A DNA stretch of 64,000 bases from Candidatus Hydrogenedentota bacterium. GTDB taxonomy: Bacteria; Hydrogenedentota; Hydrogenedentia; Hydrogenedentales; SLHB01. Location: contig CAVUWV010000010.1 of NCBI GenBank assembly GCA_963745075.1, positions 239,544 through 303,543 of the forward strand. The letters run 5' to 3'. The notes below the pieces were generated by a model. It was given only the letters and a program-made list of their open reading frames with translations. It had not been told where the DNA came from and made no database searches. Positions 47,231 to 56,879 of this stretch are shown piece by piece (within the stretch, counting starts at the first letter, position 1; each line of letters begins with the position of its first letter). The translations under genes and the position numbers were made by a program.

Positions 47231-48061
47231 ATGGCTGACCTGTTAAAAGACCAAGTGGCAATCGTAACTGGCTCGGGACGCGGCATCGGCGCGGCCACGG
47301 CACGGCTCATGGCGGCCGAAGGCGCTCGCGTTGTGGTCAGCGACCTCGATGCGGCCCCTGCAGAGACTGTGGTTGAGGAAATCAAGACGAGTGGGGGAGA
47401 GGCCATCGCCGTTCCCGGTGACGTGACGGACCCGGCATTTCCCGATGCGCTCATGAAAGCGACGGTCGATGCCTTCGGCAAAATCACCACCCTCGTGAAC
47501 AACGCCGGCTACACGTGGGACGGCGTCATCCACAAGATGACCGACCCTCAGTGGGACGCGATCCTCGACGTGCACCTCAAAGCGCCGTTTCGTATGATCC
47601 GCGCTACCGTGCCGTACATGCGCGATGCCGCCAAGGCCGAGATGGCTGCCGGTAACAAGCCCGAACCGCGCTGCATCATCAACGTGTCCTCCACGTCCGG
47701 GCTCCACGGGAATGCCGGGCAGATCAACTATGCCGCGGCCAAAATGGGCGTCGTCGGCATGACGAAGACGGTCGCCCGGGAGTGGGGCAATTTTAATATT
47801 CGCTGCAACGCGGTCGCCTTCGGCACCGTCGAAACCCGGCTCATCCAGGCGAAAGAGCAAGGCGAGACCATTACCGTACAAGGAGAAGAGGTTGCCCTCG
47901 GCATTCCGCAGCAGATGCGCGACATGCTCACCATGATGATTCCTCTGGGCCGCACCGCGACGCCCGAGGAAGGCGCCGGCGGAATCGTGCTGCTCGCTTC
48001 GCCCTACGCTTCGTACATAACGGGACATACCTTGGAAGTGACCGGAGGATACGGAATATAG
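47231..48061 (+). CDS. SDR-family oxidoreductase (FabG-like)
   Basis: TGSGRGIGAA cofactor motif, NNAG, catalytic YAAAKMG. Confidence 0.9.
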   Translation: MADLLKDQVAIVTGSGRGIGAATARLMAAEGARVVVSDLDAAPAETVVEEIKTSGGEAIAVPGDVTDPAFPDALMKATVDAFGKITTLVNNAGYTWDGVIHKMTDPQWDAILDVHLKAPFRMIRATVPYMRDAAKAEMAAGNKPEPRCIINVSSTSGLHGNAGQINYAAAKMGVVGMTKTVAREWGNFNIRCNAVAFGTVETRLIQAKEQGETITVQGEEVALGIPQQMRDMLTMMIPLGRTATPEEGAGGIVLLASPYASYITGHTLEVTGGYGI

Positions 48062-48224
48062 GGCAGATCGCGCGCGGTGCTGCATTCGGCAGACGCGGTA
48101 TCGTGCATGCATCAGACCCACGTGTGCACAAATCCGCATTTGATGGTATGCTTAAAGTGGGTGTCATCTTGGGGTTGTGCGTCGTTCGTCGGGAACGGCG
48201 TCTAAACCAAAAGAGGTGGGTGTG

Positions 48225-48662
48225 ATGGACGCGGAAAAAGTTCGGGCCGAAATTCTCAGAGTCCCGGTGATTGAATCGCTTCCGGGCGATCTCCCGGGAA
48301 AAGTCACGGACGTGATCATGGACATCGGCGATGTTCGGCACGTTCCCAAGGGGCAGGTTATGACCCGCGAGAACAAACATGGTAAGAACCGTGGCTTCGT
48401 CCTGCTCAAGGGCGTCATCGGCATTCAGAAGGCCGAAGTGCCGTTTTCGAAATGCCGCCCGCCCGAGCTCCTGGGCGAAGTCATGCAGTTCAATCCCAAA
48501 GGCATGCGGACCGCCACGCTAACCGCCCACGAGGAATGCTGGGTCATCCGGTTCCCGTGGACCGATTTCTGGAACACCCTCATGATGAACTTCAGCGAGA
48601 ACGAAGTCGCCAAAGTCCGCGAAGTCCTCGAAGATCGCGCCTGGGAACATTTCACCGCTTAG
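48225..48662 (+). CDS. small cyclic-nucleotide-binding-like domain protein (tentative)
   Basis: 145 aa with RBS GAGGTGGG. There is a beta-roll-like pattern (KGQVMTRENKHGKNRGFVLLKGVIGI...ELLGEV), but the phosphate-binding cassette is not clear. Confidence 0.45.
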   Translation: MDAEKVRAEILRVPVIESLPGDLPGKVTDVIMDIGDVRHVPKGQVMTRENKHGKNRGFVLLKGVIGIQKAEVPFSKCRPPELLGEVMQFNPKGMRTATLTAHEECWVIRFPWTDFWNTLMMNFSENEVAKVREVLEDRAWEHFTA

Positions 48663-48760
48663 GCTGTATTTCAAACTACGCCGGGGATGCTTTCGTGCGC
48701 GTGCCCGAGCGAATACCGGGTTAACACGACGTTCCGGCCGGAAGGGGCTGGGTGATCAGT

Positions 48761-48785
48761 CGGATCGGACCGATCGGTCCGATCG
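48761..48785. repeat. REP-like repeat, family F copy
   Basis: CGGATCGGACCGATCGGTCCGATCG contains the palindrome GGACCGATCGGTCC. Confidence 0.6.
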
Positions 48786-48898
48786 AAGCGTGGACGCCTC
48801 GGCTCTCTCTTCCTTTTTGATCCCCATCCGGTTTTCCCGCATCATACGGCTAAGGCGGGCAACGTTCGCACGGTGCCGCGCTTCAGGGGGAACAAGCA

Positions 48899-51256
48899 AT
48901 GGTTTTACGCGCGTATCATTCACTCACCGTTATTCTAATCTGTGCGGCACTTCTTGCTGCCAATGGCGTAGCCATTGCTGGACCCGACACCAGCATCGTC
49001 TTGCCGACTGGCGCGACTGCGGTTGAGCAGTTTGCCGCGCGGGAAGTGCAACGCTACGTCTACGTCCGGACGGGTAGGTTGTTGCCCATCCAACAAACCG
49101 AAGCCGGCGTGGATGCGATCGTCATTGCGCAGAAGTCCAAGGTCCCTGAGCTGCGGGATTCGACAGCCGATCTTGGCGATCAAGACTATCTGCTGCGCAC
49201 ACGCATAGATGATGGGGGTCGCCGCGTCCTTTATCTCGTAGGAGGTTCCGATGTCGCTACCCTGTACGCGGCATATCGTTTTGCGGAGCATCTTGGTATT
49301 CGCTTCTACCTGCACGGCGACGTGATTCCGGACCGGCAGATTCCCTTCAGTCTGCCGGACCTCGACGAAAAGGCTTCGCCCTTGTTCCACCTGCGCGGCA
49401 TCCAACCCTTCCACGATTTCCCGGAAGGACCGGACTGGTGGAACACCGACAACTACAAAGCCATCATCGGTCAGCTCCCCAAGCTGCGGATGAACTTCAT
49501 CGGGCTGCACACCTATCCCGAGAAGCGGCCGAATGCCGAGCCGACCGTCTGGATCGGAATGGAAAAAGACGTCGAACCGGAAGGGGACGTCGCGTTCAGC
49601 TATCCCGCGAGTTACTACAACACGGCCCTGGACGTGAATTGGGGATTCAAACCCAAGAAGACGAGCGATTATCTCTGCGGCGGCGCTGTTCTCTTCGACC
49701 GCGATGACTACGGCTCGGAGGTTATGCGGGATTTGACGCCCCAGCCCACCGAGGCGGCGGCGTGCAACGAGGTGTTCGACCGCACGGGCAACCTGCTCAA
49801 CGAAGCGTTTTCATACGCAACCAAACTCGGCGTGAAAACCTGCGTCGGCACGGAAACCCCGCTCGTCATCCCCGAACGCGTCCAAGATCGAATGGAAGCC
49901 GGTCAGAGCACGGAAGACCTCTACACCGGCATCTTCACCCGCATTATGAACGCCTACCCCATCGACTACTACTGGTTCTGGACCCCCGAGGGCTGGACCT
50001 GGGAAGGCACGACCGAGGAAGATACGCAAAAGACCATCGACGACATCCTCGCCGCGAAAGCCGCTGCCGAACGCGTGGGCGCGCCGTTCCAACTCGCCAC
50101 CTGCGGTTGGGTCTTGGGTCCGCAATTCGACCGCGCCTACCTCGACAAAGTGTTGCCCAAGGAATTCGCCGTGAGCTGCATCAACCGGGCCGTCGGCCAC
50201 GACCCCGTGGAACCGGCCTTCGCGGAGATCACCGGCCGCGAGCAGTGGGCGATCCCTTGGCTCGAAGACGATCCCGCCATGACCTCGCCGCAACTGTGGG
50301 TCGGTCGCATGCGCCGCGACGCCCGCGACGCGCTCGAGTACGGGTGCACCGGGCTCATGGGCATCCACTGGCGCACGCGCATCCTCGGCCCGAACGTTGC
50401 CGCCCTCGCACAAGCCGCGTGGGATCAGTCCGGCTGGTCCGACTCCCCGCCGGTGACGGGTCCCGTCGGTGGGCGTGTCGCGCAGTTTGGTCAGGATTTC
50501 GCTGATACGGCCGACGATGCCCTGTACCGATCCGTTCGCTACGACATGTCGGCCTACCGTGTCGTCGTGCCGAACGATACCTATACCGTGACCCTCTACT
50601 TTTGCGAACCCCACTACCGCGAAGCCGGCAAGCGCGTCTTCGGTTACAAAGTCGAGAACACGCCGCCCGTCGAGCATCTCGATGTGCTGGCGGCCGTGGG
50701 ACCCGATCGCGCGCTGGTCAAGATCATCGACAACGTGACCGTTGACGACGGCGTGCTCGACATCGACTTCATCAAGGAAATGGAATTCCCCTGCATCGCC
50801 GCGATTGCCGTGGAAGGGGAGAACTTCGCCCAACGCATCAACTGCGGCGGCGGCGCGTATCACGACTTCATCGCCGATCCCGCTCCGGTATCCGTCAACC
50901 CCAAGTCCGACGATTTCTACCTGGACTGGGCCACCCACGAGTTCGGCCCCGAAATCGGCGAAGACGCGGCGCGAATTTTCAGTCGCATCGACGACAACCT
51001 GCCCCGTCCCTCCAACTGGATCGGCGGCCCGGGCGGTTATACCTCCGACGATCAACCCTGGGACAAGGTGAAAGAAGACTACGCCTTCGTCGACGAACTT
51101 GCCGCCCTACGCGACCGCATCACCACGCCCGGCAATCTCGCCCGGTTCGACTACTGGCTGAACAATCTCGAATACCTGCGCGCCACCGCCAAAGTTCGCT
51201 GTGCCTGGGGCGCCTTCAACGTCGCCATGAAATCCGTCGAGGAAAAAGCAATGTAA
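48899..51256 (+). CDS. secreted glycoside-hydrolase-like protein (alpha-glucuronidase/GH115-like N-terminal region) with malectin domain; 3' part apparently severed
   Basis: Signal MVLRAYHSLTVILICAALLAANGVAIA. LRGIQPFHDFPEGPDWWN, NFIGLHTYPE. Malectin-like block YTVTLYFCEPHYREAGKRVFGYKVEN...CIAAIAVEG. The ORF stops 48 nt before a family-A MITE. Confidence 0.75.
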   Translation: MVLRAYHSLTVILICAALLAANGVAIAGPDTSIVLPTGATAVEQFAAREVQRYVYVRTGRLLPIQQTEAGVDAIVIAQKSKVPELRDSTADLGDQDYLLRTRIDDGGRRVLYLVGGSDVATLYAAYRFAEHLGIRFYLHGDVIPDRQIPFSLPDLDEKASPLFHLRGIQPFHDFPEGPDWWNTDNYKAIIGQLPKLRMNFIGLHTYPEKRPNAEPTVWIGMEKDVEPEGDVAFSYPASYYNTALDVNWGFKPKKTSDYLCGGAVLFDRDDYGSEVMRDLTPQPTEAAACNEVFDRTGNLLNEAFSYATKLGVKTCVGTETPLVIPERVQDRMEAGQSTEDLYTGIFTRIMNAYPIDYYWFWTPEGWTWEGTTEEDTQKTIDDILAAKAAAERVGAPFQLATCGWVLGPQFDRAYLDKVLPKEFAVSCINRAVGHDPVEPAFAEITGREQWAIPWLEDDPAMTSPQLWVGRMRRDARDALEYGCTGLMGIHWRTRILGPNVAALAQAAWDQSGWSDSPPVTGPVGGRVAQFGQDFADTADDALYRSVRYDMSAYRVVVPNDTYTVTLYFCEPHYREAGKRVFGYKVENTPPVEHLDVLAAVGPDRALVKIIDNVTVDDGVLDIDFIKEMEFPCIAAIAVEGENFAQRINCGGGAYHDFIADPAPVSVNPKSDDFYLDWATHEFGPEIGEDAARIFSRIDDNLPRPSNWIGGPGGYTSDDQPWDKVKEDYAFVDELAALRDRITTPGNLARFDYWLNNLEYLRATAKVRCAWGAFNVAMKSVEEKAM

Positions 51257-51304
51257 CGGCAAGTCACATTTCGCCTCAGCAGGACGACATCCAGTTCGCA
51301 ACCC

Positions 51305-51479
51305 AACATCCCCCTCGACACTTCGTGTCTGCCCCCTTCAAAGGGGGAATTCCTCGCGTCCGCTTCGCGGCGCGGAATGGAACCGGAGGTGAGCTTCTAT
51401 TTATCCCAGGTGGCGTAGAAGCACAGTTGGACGGCGAAACAATTCCCCCTTTGAAGGGGGATCAAGGGGGATGTTCTTC
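51305..51479. mobile_element. MITE-like element, family A, copy 5 (left end carries an insertion)
   Basis: The left end is AACATCCCCCtcgacacttcgtgtctgCCCCCTTCAAAGGGGGA. The right end TCCCCCTTTGAAGGGGGATCAAGGGGGATGTTCTTC is perfect. Confidence 0.75.
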
Positions 51480-51593
51480 CTATATTGCGATGTTCGATCA
51501 ACAACGACATTCTCCCCGGACATGCGTCACCGCATCGAGTTCACCAGCAACCGTACAAAGCGCCATCGACCCGGACGTACGCGGGGGTATTAC

Positions 51594-51629
51594 TCCCCCT
51601 TTGAAGGGGGATCAAGGGGGATGTTCTTC
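51594..51629. repeat. second, solo family-A right end (tandem duplicate, 150-bp period)
   Basis: Identical 36-bp end. The ~75 nt following it also resemble the sequence following 51479 (CTTCCTAYATYGYGATGTTCGATCRACAACRACATTCTC...GCATCGAG). Confidence 0.75.
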
Positions 51630-51690
51630 CTACATCGTGATGTTCGATCGACAACAACATTCTCAGCGCATACGCGTAACTGCATCGAGC

Positions 51691-52248
51691 CCAACAAAAG
51701 CCGAACTCGCCCGCAAAACGGCGTTGCCCCGATGGAACGACCTACTCGACAGCGTCCGCGAAATGTACGGCTACCTCCTCGCCACCGTCAACACCACCGG
51801 CGCCATGGGCACCGTCTGCAACTGGGAACAACACACCTTCCCCGCACTCCTCGACGAATCCGCCGCTAAACTCACCGAAGCCCCTCGGCGAACCCGTCTC
51901 CGCCGCCAAAGCCTCGGCCAGACCTACGATGCCGAACCCCGTATCATCGTCCCCGCTATCCGCACCGCCATCTCGCCCGGCGAAGATTTGGTTGTCCCCA
52001 TCATCATGCTTGACAGCGACCCGCCTCAAGAAGTCCTCGTCCACTTCCGCCCCCTCGGCACCAAGAAGTACACGACCGAACCCGCCGACCCCGTCGGGCG
52101 CAACACGTATCAGGCCACCATCCCCGCCGGGGACCTCCCGGCCCCCGGCCTCGAATACCACCTCGAAGCCGAGACGGACACGCGAGGGACAATCCAGTGG
52201 CCCGCAGGCGTGGGAATGATTGACCAAACCGTGATTCAGGGACCGTGA
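51691..52248 (+). pseudogene. detached C-terminal fragment, probably of the 48899-51256 gene
   Basis: PTKAELARKTALPRWNDLLDSVREMYGYLLATVNTTGAMGTVCNWEQHTFPALL... reads as a continuation of ...RFDYWLNNLEYLRATAKVRCAWGAFNVAMKSVEEKA. It has no start or RBS of its own, and the upstream part of ORF 51325 is translated repeat DNA. Confidence 0.6.
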
Positions 52249-52249
52249 A

Positions 52250-52834
52250 TTATTTGGTGGCCTTGACCAGATCCCGAGACTCTTTCTGGATTGTATGCGA
52301 AAAATTTAGAGTATCGTGCATGCTCACAAATTCTTCTATGTTACGATGCAGATCCTGATCGCCGTGATTCGCGGCCTTCGTGTTCGTAATAATCTCCCGC
52401 ACAACTTCGCGCATTTCGTGGCACACTTTTGCCATCATTTCCAAATCGGGAAAGACCACCCGTTCCGTCGTGTTGAACTCGTTGTGGACCATATATTTGT
52501 CTCTAGCGGTTTTTACTTCTTTCCAAAACGCGTCGTATTTTGCAGCACTCAGTCCCGCACTATTGTGCAACCTTTGCCGGGCACACGCCTCTGTAACACC
52601 TGCTAGGGATCCGGCAAGAAAAAGTCTCGTGTAGTGACTGGGTTCTCGCTTTCCACCAAAAACTTTACACCAATATATAACGCATAATTCTCCATAACTG
52701 TTTTGAGTAAACTTCCAAACCGACTTTTTGGCACCAGATACTACATCAAAGTAGTGGGCCAAACGGACGCACCGCTGACACAAAACGTCAATGTTCCACA
52801 ATAGTAATAGCTGGTCATGGGTAAGTTGTGTCAT
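52250..52834 (-). CDS. HEPN-like protein, AbiU2-like (tentative)
   Basis: 194 aa in low-GC DNA with RBS GGAGGG. The candidate HEPN R-x4-6-H motif KTARDKYMVHNE resembles the RNKxxAH motif of AbiU2-type abortive-infection proteins. Assigned by motif only. Confidence 0.4.
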   Translation of the reverse strand: MTQLTHDQLLLLWNIDVLCQRCVRLAHYFDVVSGAKKSVWKFTQNSYGELCVIYWCKVFGGKREPSHYTRLFLAGSLAGVTEACARQRLHNSAGLSAAKYDAFWKEVKTARDKYMVHNEFNTTERVVFPDLEMMAKVCHEMREVVREIITNTKAANHGDQDLHRNIEEFVSMHDTLNFSHTIQKESRDLVKATK

Positions 52835-53198
52835 GCGAACCCTCCGCGTAACTCCTGCCTCGCAGGTCTATTCAATGGTTCCACAAGCGACGAACATGGC
52901 TTGGCACCTTACAAGCGATCCGCTCAGTTTTGATGACAACTGCGGTCGACCAAAACTGACTCAAATCACCGCATGAATTTCCATACCTCAACTTCCTGCG
53001 GTTCCTGATTTCCTCCTTCGATCATTTTCCCAGCGAGAATTCTCGAAACTGGTGAGTGCACTGCGCTAGAATGCGGTATCACTATTTTTTTGAAACGGCG
53101 ATCTTCCTTCCTCGCAATACGCGGTCTAATTCCCTATCCATTCTTCTGGAGCTAGCTGGGACACGTCTCCGACCTCGGTTTGGCAACTCGGGAGCAGG

Positions 53199-56100
53199 CT
53201 ACGGGAAAGTACCAATGCGTTCTTTGTCCTCCGGCACATCCAGAAATTTGGGAACACTGAGGGTTCTAAGTGGTGGCGCTTCATACGTTCGGCTAAACTG
53301 GGTTGCGACCGTGTTTGTGTTACCTGCTGTGTCTTGCGCCAGATCTCCCGCCATATCTGCCGTCACCAAGCCGTTCCCTGCCGGTGTAAGGTCAAAAGAG
53401 TAGCTTGCACCGTTGCCAGCGAATCCTCCAACCGCCCCATTGCCGGCAGTGATATCGCCCGCTTCGAATCCCGTCACCGGTTCGCTGAACGTCACGGTGA
53501 CATGAATCGGCCTTGAGTTTGTCGGGTCCGGGGACGTAGAACTCATGGTTACCGTGGGCGGCGTGTTGTCCACATTGAACGTCTCGCTTGGTCCTGCAGG
53601 ATCGGCCTCGTTCCCAGCTGAGTCAGATGCTGTTCCCGCGCCAGTGCTGAACCCCAATGTTCCGTCTCCCGTTATATCGGAGACGGTCACGTAACGTGAC
53701 ACATCGCCCGTCCCCGACACCGTTACCGTCCCGTTAGCCGTCCCCGTTTTGTTCAATGTGACCTCCGAGGATACGAGCGTCACAGTGTTCGCGTCGATAT
53801 AAGTGACCTCATACTCCACAGGGCCCGTGTTTGCCACGACAACCGATGGCGGTCCAATGCTGACCCCCGGCGGGGTGGTATCATACGCCCGGCCGAACTG
53901 GATTCCGGCCGTGTTCGCGTTGCCTGCTTCGTCTTGCGCCACACCTCCCGCGATATCTGCCGCGACCAAGCCCTCACCCACCGGCGTCAAGTCGAAGGAA
54001 TAGTACCTACCAGTACCAGCGAAATTCCCAATGATTCCGTTGTCGGGTGTGATGTCCGATGCATCAAAGCCAAACACCGGCTCGCTGAACGCTACGGTGA
54101 CGGCGATCGGGGATACGTTCGTCGGATTAGATTCAGTTGAATCTATCGATACAGTTGGAGCCGTGGTATCCACCGTGATCGCAAAAGCCGCGGAAGCGGA
54201 CCAGTTGGTCGCAGCGTCTTGTTCCTGCACATAGAGGGTGTGGCTGCCTTCCGTTAGCGGTACAATCGACGTGTATGAGAGGCTGGTCGTCTGTGTCCAG
54301 GTTCCGGCTTGGCTATCCAACTGATACCGGAATGTGCCGCTGCCACCACCTCCCCCTGACGCCCACGACCACGTAGGCGTCGGCTCGTTGGTGGGAGTTG
54401 GTCCCGTCATGTTTGGAGCATTAGGAGCCGTGGTATCCAGCACGATGGTTATCGTCGCCGCATTACCCTCAACCACGCCATTATATGCGCTGACGGCAAA
54501 TGTGTTCATCCCGCTGGCAAGAGCGCCGCCGGTATAAGACCAAGTATTCTCTCCGCGAGTATAGTTCACGCCGCTGGAACCGCCATTGACATGGATGGCG
54601 AACGAGGATGGGTCGCAGGTTCCCGATAGGACCACAGGCGCAGGGTCATTTGTCGCGTAACTAACGCCGCCATGCGGAGATAGGATCACTGGCACCGGCA
54701 GGTTTACGGCAAACATTTGGATGCGAGAGTTTCCAGAATCCGTCACGTAGACGATTCCCTTACTGTTCACGGCCACTCCACTTGGCCAATAGAATTGGCC
54801 GTTGCCAGGCCCTTTGGCACCCCATTCCGTGATGGCTGTGCCTGCGGGTGTGAGTTTTTCGATACGGTTGTTGCCGAGGTCCGCGACATAGACGTTACCG
54901 ACACTGTCTACAGCCACATTCCACGACGGCGGGTCAACCGCGCTGCCTGGGTACGTTGCATATGTGCCCCATTGCGTAATATATGTACCGTCGGGCGTGA
55001 ACTTCTGGACGCGATGATTAAGGGTGTCCGCGACGTAGACGTTATTCGAATTGTCCACTGCCACGCCCCGGGGAGAGCGGAATTGACCATTGCTACTTCC
55101 AGACGCACCCCATTGCGTTATATATATGCCGTCGGACGTGAACTTCTGGACGCGATGATTGTTGGTGTCCGTGACGTAGACGTTACCTAAACTGTCCACC
55201 GCTACGCCGGAGGGAGAATTGAATTGCCCATTACTGAAACCAGCAGTACCCCATTTTGTTATATAGTTACCTGTTTGTGTGAATTTTTGAATGCGATAGT
55301 TCTTCGCGTCGGAAACGTAAACGTTGTTCAGACTGTCCACAGCCACACTCACGGGAAAGTCGAATTGACCGTTGTTGGTCCCTGACGTGCCCCATTGCAT
55401 TACATATGTGCCGTTAGGATCGAACTTCTGGATGCGGTCATTGCGGGTGTCCGCAACGTACACGTTATCCGAGTAGTCAATGGTGATGGCGTGTGCGTTG
55501 TTGAATTGTCCATTGCCACTGCCTTGATGATTTCCTCCCCATTGATCTCGATAGCCTCCAGCGGGATCAAGTTTTAGGACGCGGTAATGGGCGTCATCCG
55601 TGACGAGCACGTTGTCTAGCGCATCAACCGCTATACCGCTGGTCCAGGCGAATTGTAGATTACCTGTTGCCGTACCGCTCCATTCCAGCAGTAACGTACC
55701 GTCAGGTGTAAACTTATGGATGAGGCGATTGTTCCCCTGTGAAACATAGACGTTTCCCGAACTGTCTACCGCCACGTCATAGGGAACACCAAATGGCGCA
55801 CCGCTGACTCCCGGCGTACTCCATTGCGTTATGTAACCACCCGTTGAAGTAAACTTCTGAACACGGTTGTTGCCGTCGTCTGTGACGTAGACGTTGCCTG
55901 AACTGTCCACCGCCACACCCATAGGATAGTCGAATTGCCCGTCATCGCTTCCGTGAATACCCCACTGGGTCATATATGTTCCACCTGACGTGAATTTTTG
56001 GATACGATGATTATAGGTATCTGCGACATAGACATTATTCGAAATATCTATAGCTATGCCGTGGACATAATCGAACTGCCCATCGAGGTTCCCTCGCGTC

Positions 56101-56498
56101 CCCCATTGTGTGACGTACGTGCCACTGCCGTCAAACTTCTGAATACGATGATTGTAAGTGTCTGCAACATAAACGTTTCCCGAACTGTCCACCGCCACGC
56201 CCATGCCGCCGATTTCCCAGCACATGAGGCAGTTTCCACCGGCATCCACTTTCTGAATCCAACCGCGGCTGTTTTCCAGTATGTAAACGTGGCCGGACGA
56301 GTGGTCAAAGGCTACATCAGACGGATGTACCAAGGACATTCCGCTTGGCCAGTGGTGTATGTAGGAGTATGCTTGTCCTCTTACTGGACTTGCCGCTATA
56401 ACTTCCAAAAGGACAATCACCGAAAGTAGGACCAACTCACCCCTCGCAGCTTTCAGATCCCAACGTTGAAATCGCGCGCATGTCTTCAAATTTCCCAT
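53199..56498 (-). CDS. 1099-aa secreted NHL-repeat protein with C-terminal Ig-like domains
   Basis: About 14 repeats of the type NHRIQKF...G.Y..QWG..G...GQF..P.GVAVDS.GNVYV.D. These are followed by repeated TTAPTVSI/TPPTVTM ... FSEPV.GF...DIT Ig-like modules. GC is lower than in the flanks. Confidence 0.85.
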   Translation of the reverse strand: MGNLKTCARFQRWDLKAARGELVLLSVIVLLEVIAASPVRGQAYSYIHHWPSGMSLVHPSDVAFDHSSGHVYILENSRGWIQKVDAGGNCLMCWEIGGMGVAVDSSGNVYVADTYNHRIQKFDGSGTYVTQWGTRGNLDGQFDYVHGIAIDISNNVYVADTYNHRIQKFTSGGTYMTQWGIHGSDDGQFDYPMGVAVDSSGNVYVTDDGNNRVQKFTSTGGYITQWSTPGVSGAPFGVPYDVAVDSSGNVYVSQGNNRLIHKFTPDGTLLLEWSGTATGNLQFAWTSGIAVDALDNVLVTDDAHYRVLKLDPAGGYRDQWGGNHQGSGNGQFNNAHAITIDYSDNVYVADTRNDRIQKFDPNGTYVMQWGTSGTNNGQFDFPVSVAVDSLNNVYVSDAKNYRIQKFTQTGNYITKWGTAGFSNGQFNSPSGVAVDSLGNVYVTDTNNHRVQKFTSDGIYITQWGASGSSNGQFRSPRGVAVDNSNNVYVADTLNHRVQKFTPDGTYITQWGTYATYPGSAVDPPSWNVAVDSVGNVYVADLGNNRIEKLTPAGTAITEWGAKGPGNGQFYWPSGVAVNSKGIVYVTDSGNSRIQMFAVNLPVPVILSPHGGVSYATNDPAPVVLSGTCDPSSFAIHVNGGSSGVNYTRGENTWSYTGGALASGMNTFAVSAYNGVVEGNAATITIVLDTTAPNAPNMTGPTPTNEPTPTWSWASGGGGGSGTFRYQLDSQAGTWTQTTSLSYTSIVPLTEGSHTLYVQEQDAATNWSASAAFAITVDTTAPTVSIDSTESNPTNVSPIAVTVAFSEPVFGFDASDITPDNGIIGNFAGTGRYYSFDLTPVGEGLVAADIAGGVAQDEAGNANTAGIQFGRAYDTTPPGVSIGPPSVVVANTGPVEYEVTYIDANTVTLVSSEVTLNKTGTANGTVTVSGTGDVSRYVTVSDITGDGTLGFSTGAGTASDSAGNEADPAGPSETFNVDNTPPTVTMSSTSPDPTNSRPIHVTVTFSEPVTGFEAGDITAGNGAVGGFAGNGASYSFDLTPAGNGLVTADMAGDLAQDTAGNTNTVATQFSRTYEAPPLRTLSVPKFLDVPEDKERIGTFP

Positions 56499-56845
56499 GT
56501 ATTGGCCGCTCCCCCTTATGCCGGACCTTGCACGTAGCCACTCGAGTCCACCGTTACGGAGGCATCTCTTTCGACGTTGGAGTCGCCCACCTGCCTTGCC
56601 CAGACATAGTCACCTTCAACGGCGTGCGTTCCTGCCGCGCTCGGCGAGCGCACGAGTACTTGTTTGACGCTTTGTCCCCATCCCCGCGCGGGGGAAATCG
56701 GGGGGAAATCAGGAACAGACCACGAAATTGCGCCTTCTTCGCCGCTCCTGTTGCCCGTTTCCGGCTTGCCGCTGCGTGCGGTCAACCCCATCGGCGTCAT
56801 CCTCCGCGCACAGCGACTCCACCCAATTCCACTCAACGCTGGGCA

Positions 56846-56866
56846 GGTGGAGACACCTTTTATAGT
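56846..56866 (-). promoter_or_regulatory. conserved 21-nt motif ACTATAAAAGGWGTYTCCRCC (copy B)
   Basis: 18/21 identical to 57615-57635, same strand. It lies ~350 nt upstream of the NHL gene start. Confidence 0.35.
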
Positions 56867-56879
56867 TATAGTGCTGATA

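Noticed and set aside
51444-51629. Two identical 36-bp repeats 150 bp apart, considered as a mini CRISPR array.
   Set aside because: There are only two units, the spacing is far larger than CRISPR spacers, and the repeat is the family-A MITE end found elsewhere as an inverted pair. No cas genes are present in the window.
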